Part shown: positions 62,861-64,000 of the stretch, piece after piece
Layout of the letters: every line of letters begins with the position of its first letter
Position numbering within the stretch: position 1 is the first letter of the stretch
DNA from: an uncultured Alphaproteobacteria bacterium
Lineage (GTDB): Bacteria > Pseudomonadota > Alphaproteobacteria > Rhizobiales > Xanthobacteraceae
Assembly: GCA_963696845.1 (NCBI GenBank)
Contig: CAVOLR010000011.1
Span: 246,148-310,147, forward strand
Reading direction: 5' to 3'
Length of the DNA: 64,000 nt
Made by a program: the position numbers and the translations under genes
Notes under the pieces: model-generated
The model's input: only the letters and a program-made list of their open reading frames with translations
Databases searched by the model: none
What the model was told of the DNA's origin: nothing

Positions 62861-64000
62861 ATGTCAGGTATCGTTCTTTCGGCGTCAGTGCGCCAAAACC
62901 TCCTCTCGTTGCAGTCGACCGCTGCGTTGCTCGCGACCACCCAGAATGACCTCGCCACAGGCAACAAGGTCAACTCGGCTCTCGACAACCCCACCAACTT
63001 CTTCACCGCCCAGGGCCTCAACAACCGCGCCACCGACATCGGCAATCTGCTCGATGGGATCGGCAACGGCGTGCAGGTGCTGCAGGCCGCCAACACCGGC
63101 ATCACCTCGCTGCAGAGCCTCGTCTCCAGCGCGCAGTCGATCGCCAACCAGGTGCTGCAGAGCCCGGTCGGCTACTCGACCAAGTCCAACGTCACCTCGG
63201 CCGCCATCACCGGCGCGACCGCCAACAACCTGCTCGGCACCCTCGCCACCAACAACGCGGTGACCGGCACCGCGGTCAGCAACCACCTGACCTCTCCGGT
63301 CGTGATCACCGCCGCCACCAAGCTGGTCACTGCGGCGAACTCGGACACGCTGGCCGCGACGCCCGCGGACGGTTCGAGCTTCACCGTCGACGGCAAGAGC
63401 ATCACCTTCTCGACCGGCCAGACCACCGTGACCACCGACGCCAGCGGCAACGTCACCATCGGCGTCGGCGCCGGCTCGACCCTGACGGTCGGCAGCGTCC
63501 TGACGGCAATCGACGGCATCACCGGCGCGGGCACCGCCTCGACGGTCAATGGAGCCGGCCAGCTCGTGATCTCCACCGGCACCACCCAGAACCTGGTGAT
63601 CGCCGCCGGCGGCACCAGCGCGCTCGGTTCCTTCGGCCTGTCCGCGGGTACCACCAATCGTCAATCCGCCCCTGCTGCAGGGCGAGACGCTGACCATCGG
63701 CGCGACCGGCGGCGGCACGGCGACCTCGATCACCTTCGGCACCTCGGCCAATCAGGTCTCGACGCTGAACGGGCTCAACGCGGCGCTCGCGGCCAACAAC
63801 CTGCAGGCCACGATCGACGCGACGACCGGCAAGATCAACATCACGACCTCGAACGACGCGGCGTCTTCCTCGATCGGCACGATCGGCGGCACGTCGACCG
63901 CTTCCGGCTCGGCCTTCAACGCCGTCGCCGGCGCGGGTCCTGCTCCGGTGGCCGATGCCGAGCGCGCAGGCGACCGCGTTCGAGCCTGGTGGCGCAGTAC
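62861..64000 (+). CDS. fliC: Flagellin (5' part; runs off the window; frameshift ~63660)
   Basis: MSGIVLSASVRQNLLSLQSTA...TGNKVNSALDNPTNFFTA flagellin N-terminus; RBS AAGGA; Thr/Gly-rich central domain. Confidence 0.9.
   Translation, partial: MSGIVLSASVRQNLLSLQSTAALLATTQNDLATGNKVNSALDNPTNFFTAQGLNNRATDIGNLLDGIGNGVQVLQAANTGITSLQSLVSSAQSIANQVLQSPVGYSTKSNVTSAAITGATANNLLGTLATNNAVTGTAVSNHLTSPVVITAATKLVTAANSDTLAATPADGSSFTVDGKSITFSTGQTTVTTDASGNVTIGVGAGSTLTVGSVLTAIDGITGAGTASTVNGAGQLVISTGTTQNLVIAAGGTSALGSFGLSAGTTNRQSAPAAGRDADHRRDRRRHGDLDHLRHLGQSGLDAERAQRGARGQQPAGHDRRDDRQDQHHDLERRGVFLDRHDRRHVDRFRLGLQRRRRRGSCSGGRCRARRRPRSSLVAQY

Overview
High-GC chromosomal segment of an alphaproteobacterium, most likely Bradyrhizobium or a close relative, judged from gene order, flagellin N-terminus and repeat families. 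The core backbone is SDR-lpdA, xerC/priA, atpHAGDC, rppH x2-ctpA-envC-rlmH-rsfS-nadD-proA-proB, obgE, rpmA/rplU and tRNA-Ser(CGA). It is followed by a partial Tad/Cpa cluster, a molybdopterin oxidoreductase, transporters, cheY, two Crp genes and the start of a flagellin gene. Many genes, including housekeeping ones, carry single-base frameshifts that are most likely sequencing or assembly errors. The most notable observations are: (1) a head-to-tail array of three divergent orphan ABC-type substrate-binding genes (MRRR..RADEVIE) joined by near-identical 40-bp junctions and ending in a fourth, gene-less start stub, which suggests a cassette-like array; (2) an Ohr peroxidase gene inside the ATP synthase operon between atpG and atpD; (3) parDE inserted between proB and proA; (4) a tRNA-Ser-linked islet, a miniaturised cpaB, and several REP/MITE-like repeat families. 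All annotation is by eye; no database searches were run.
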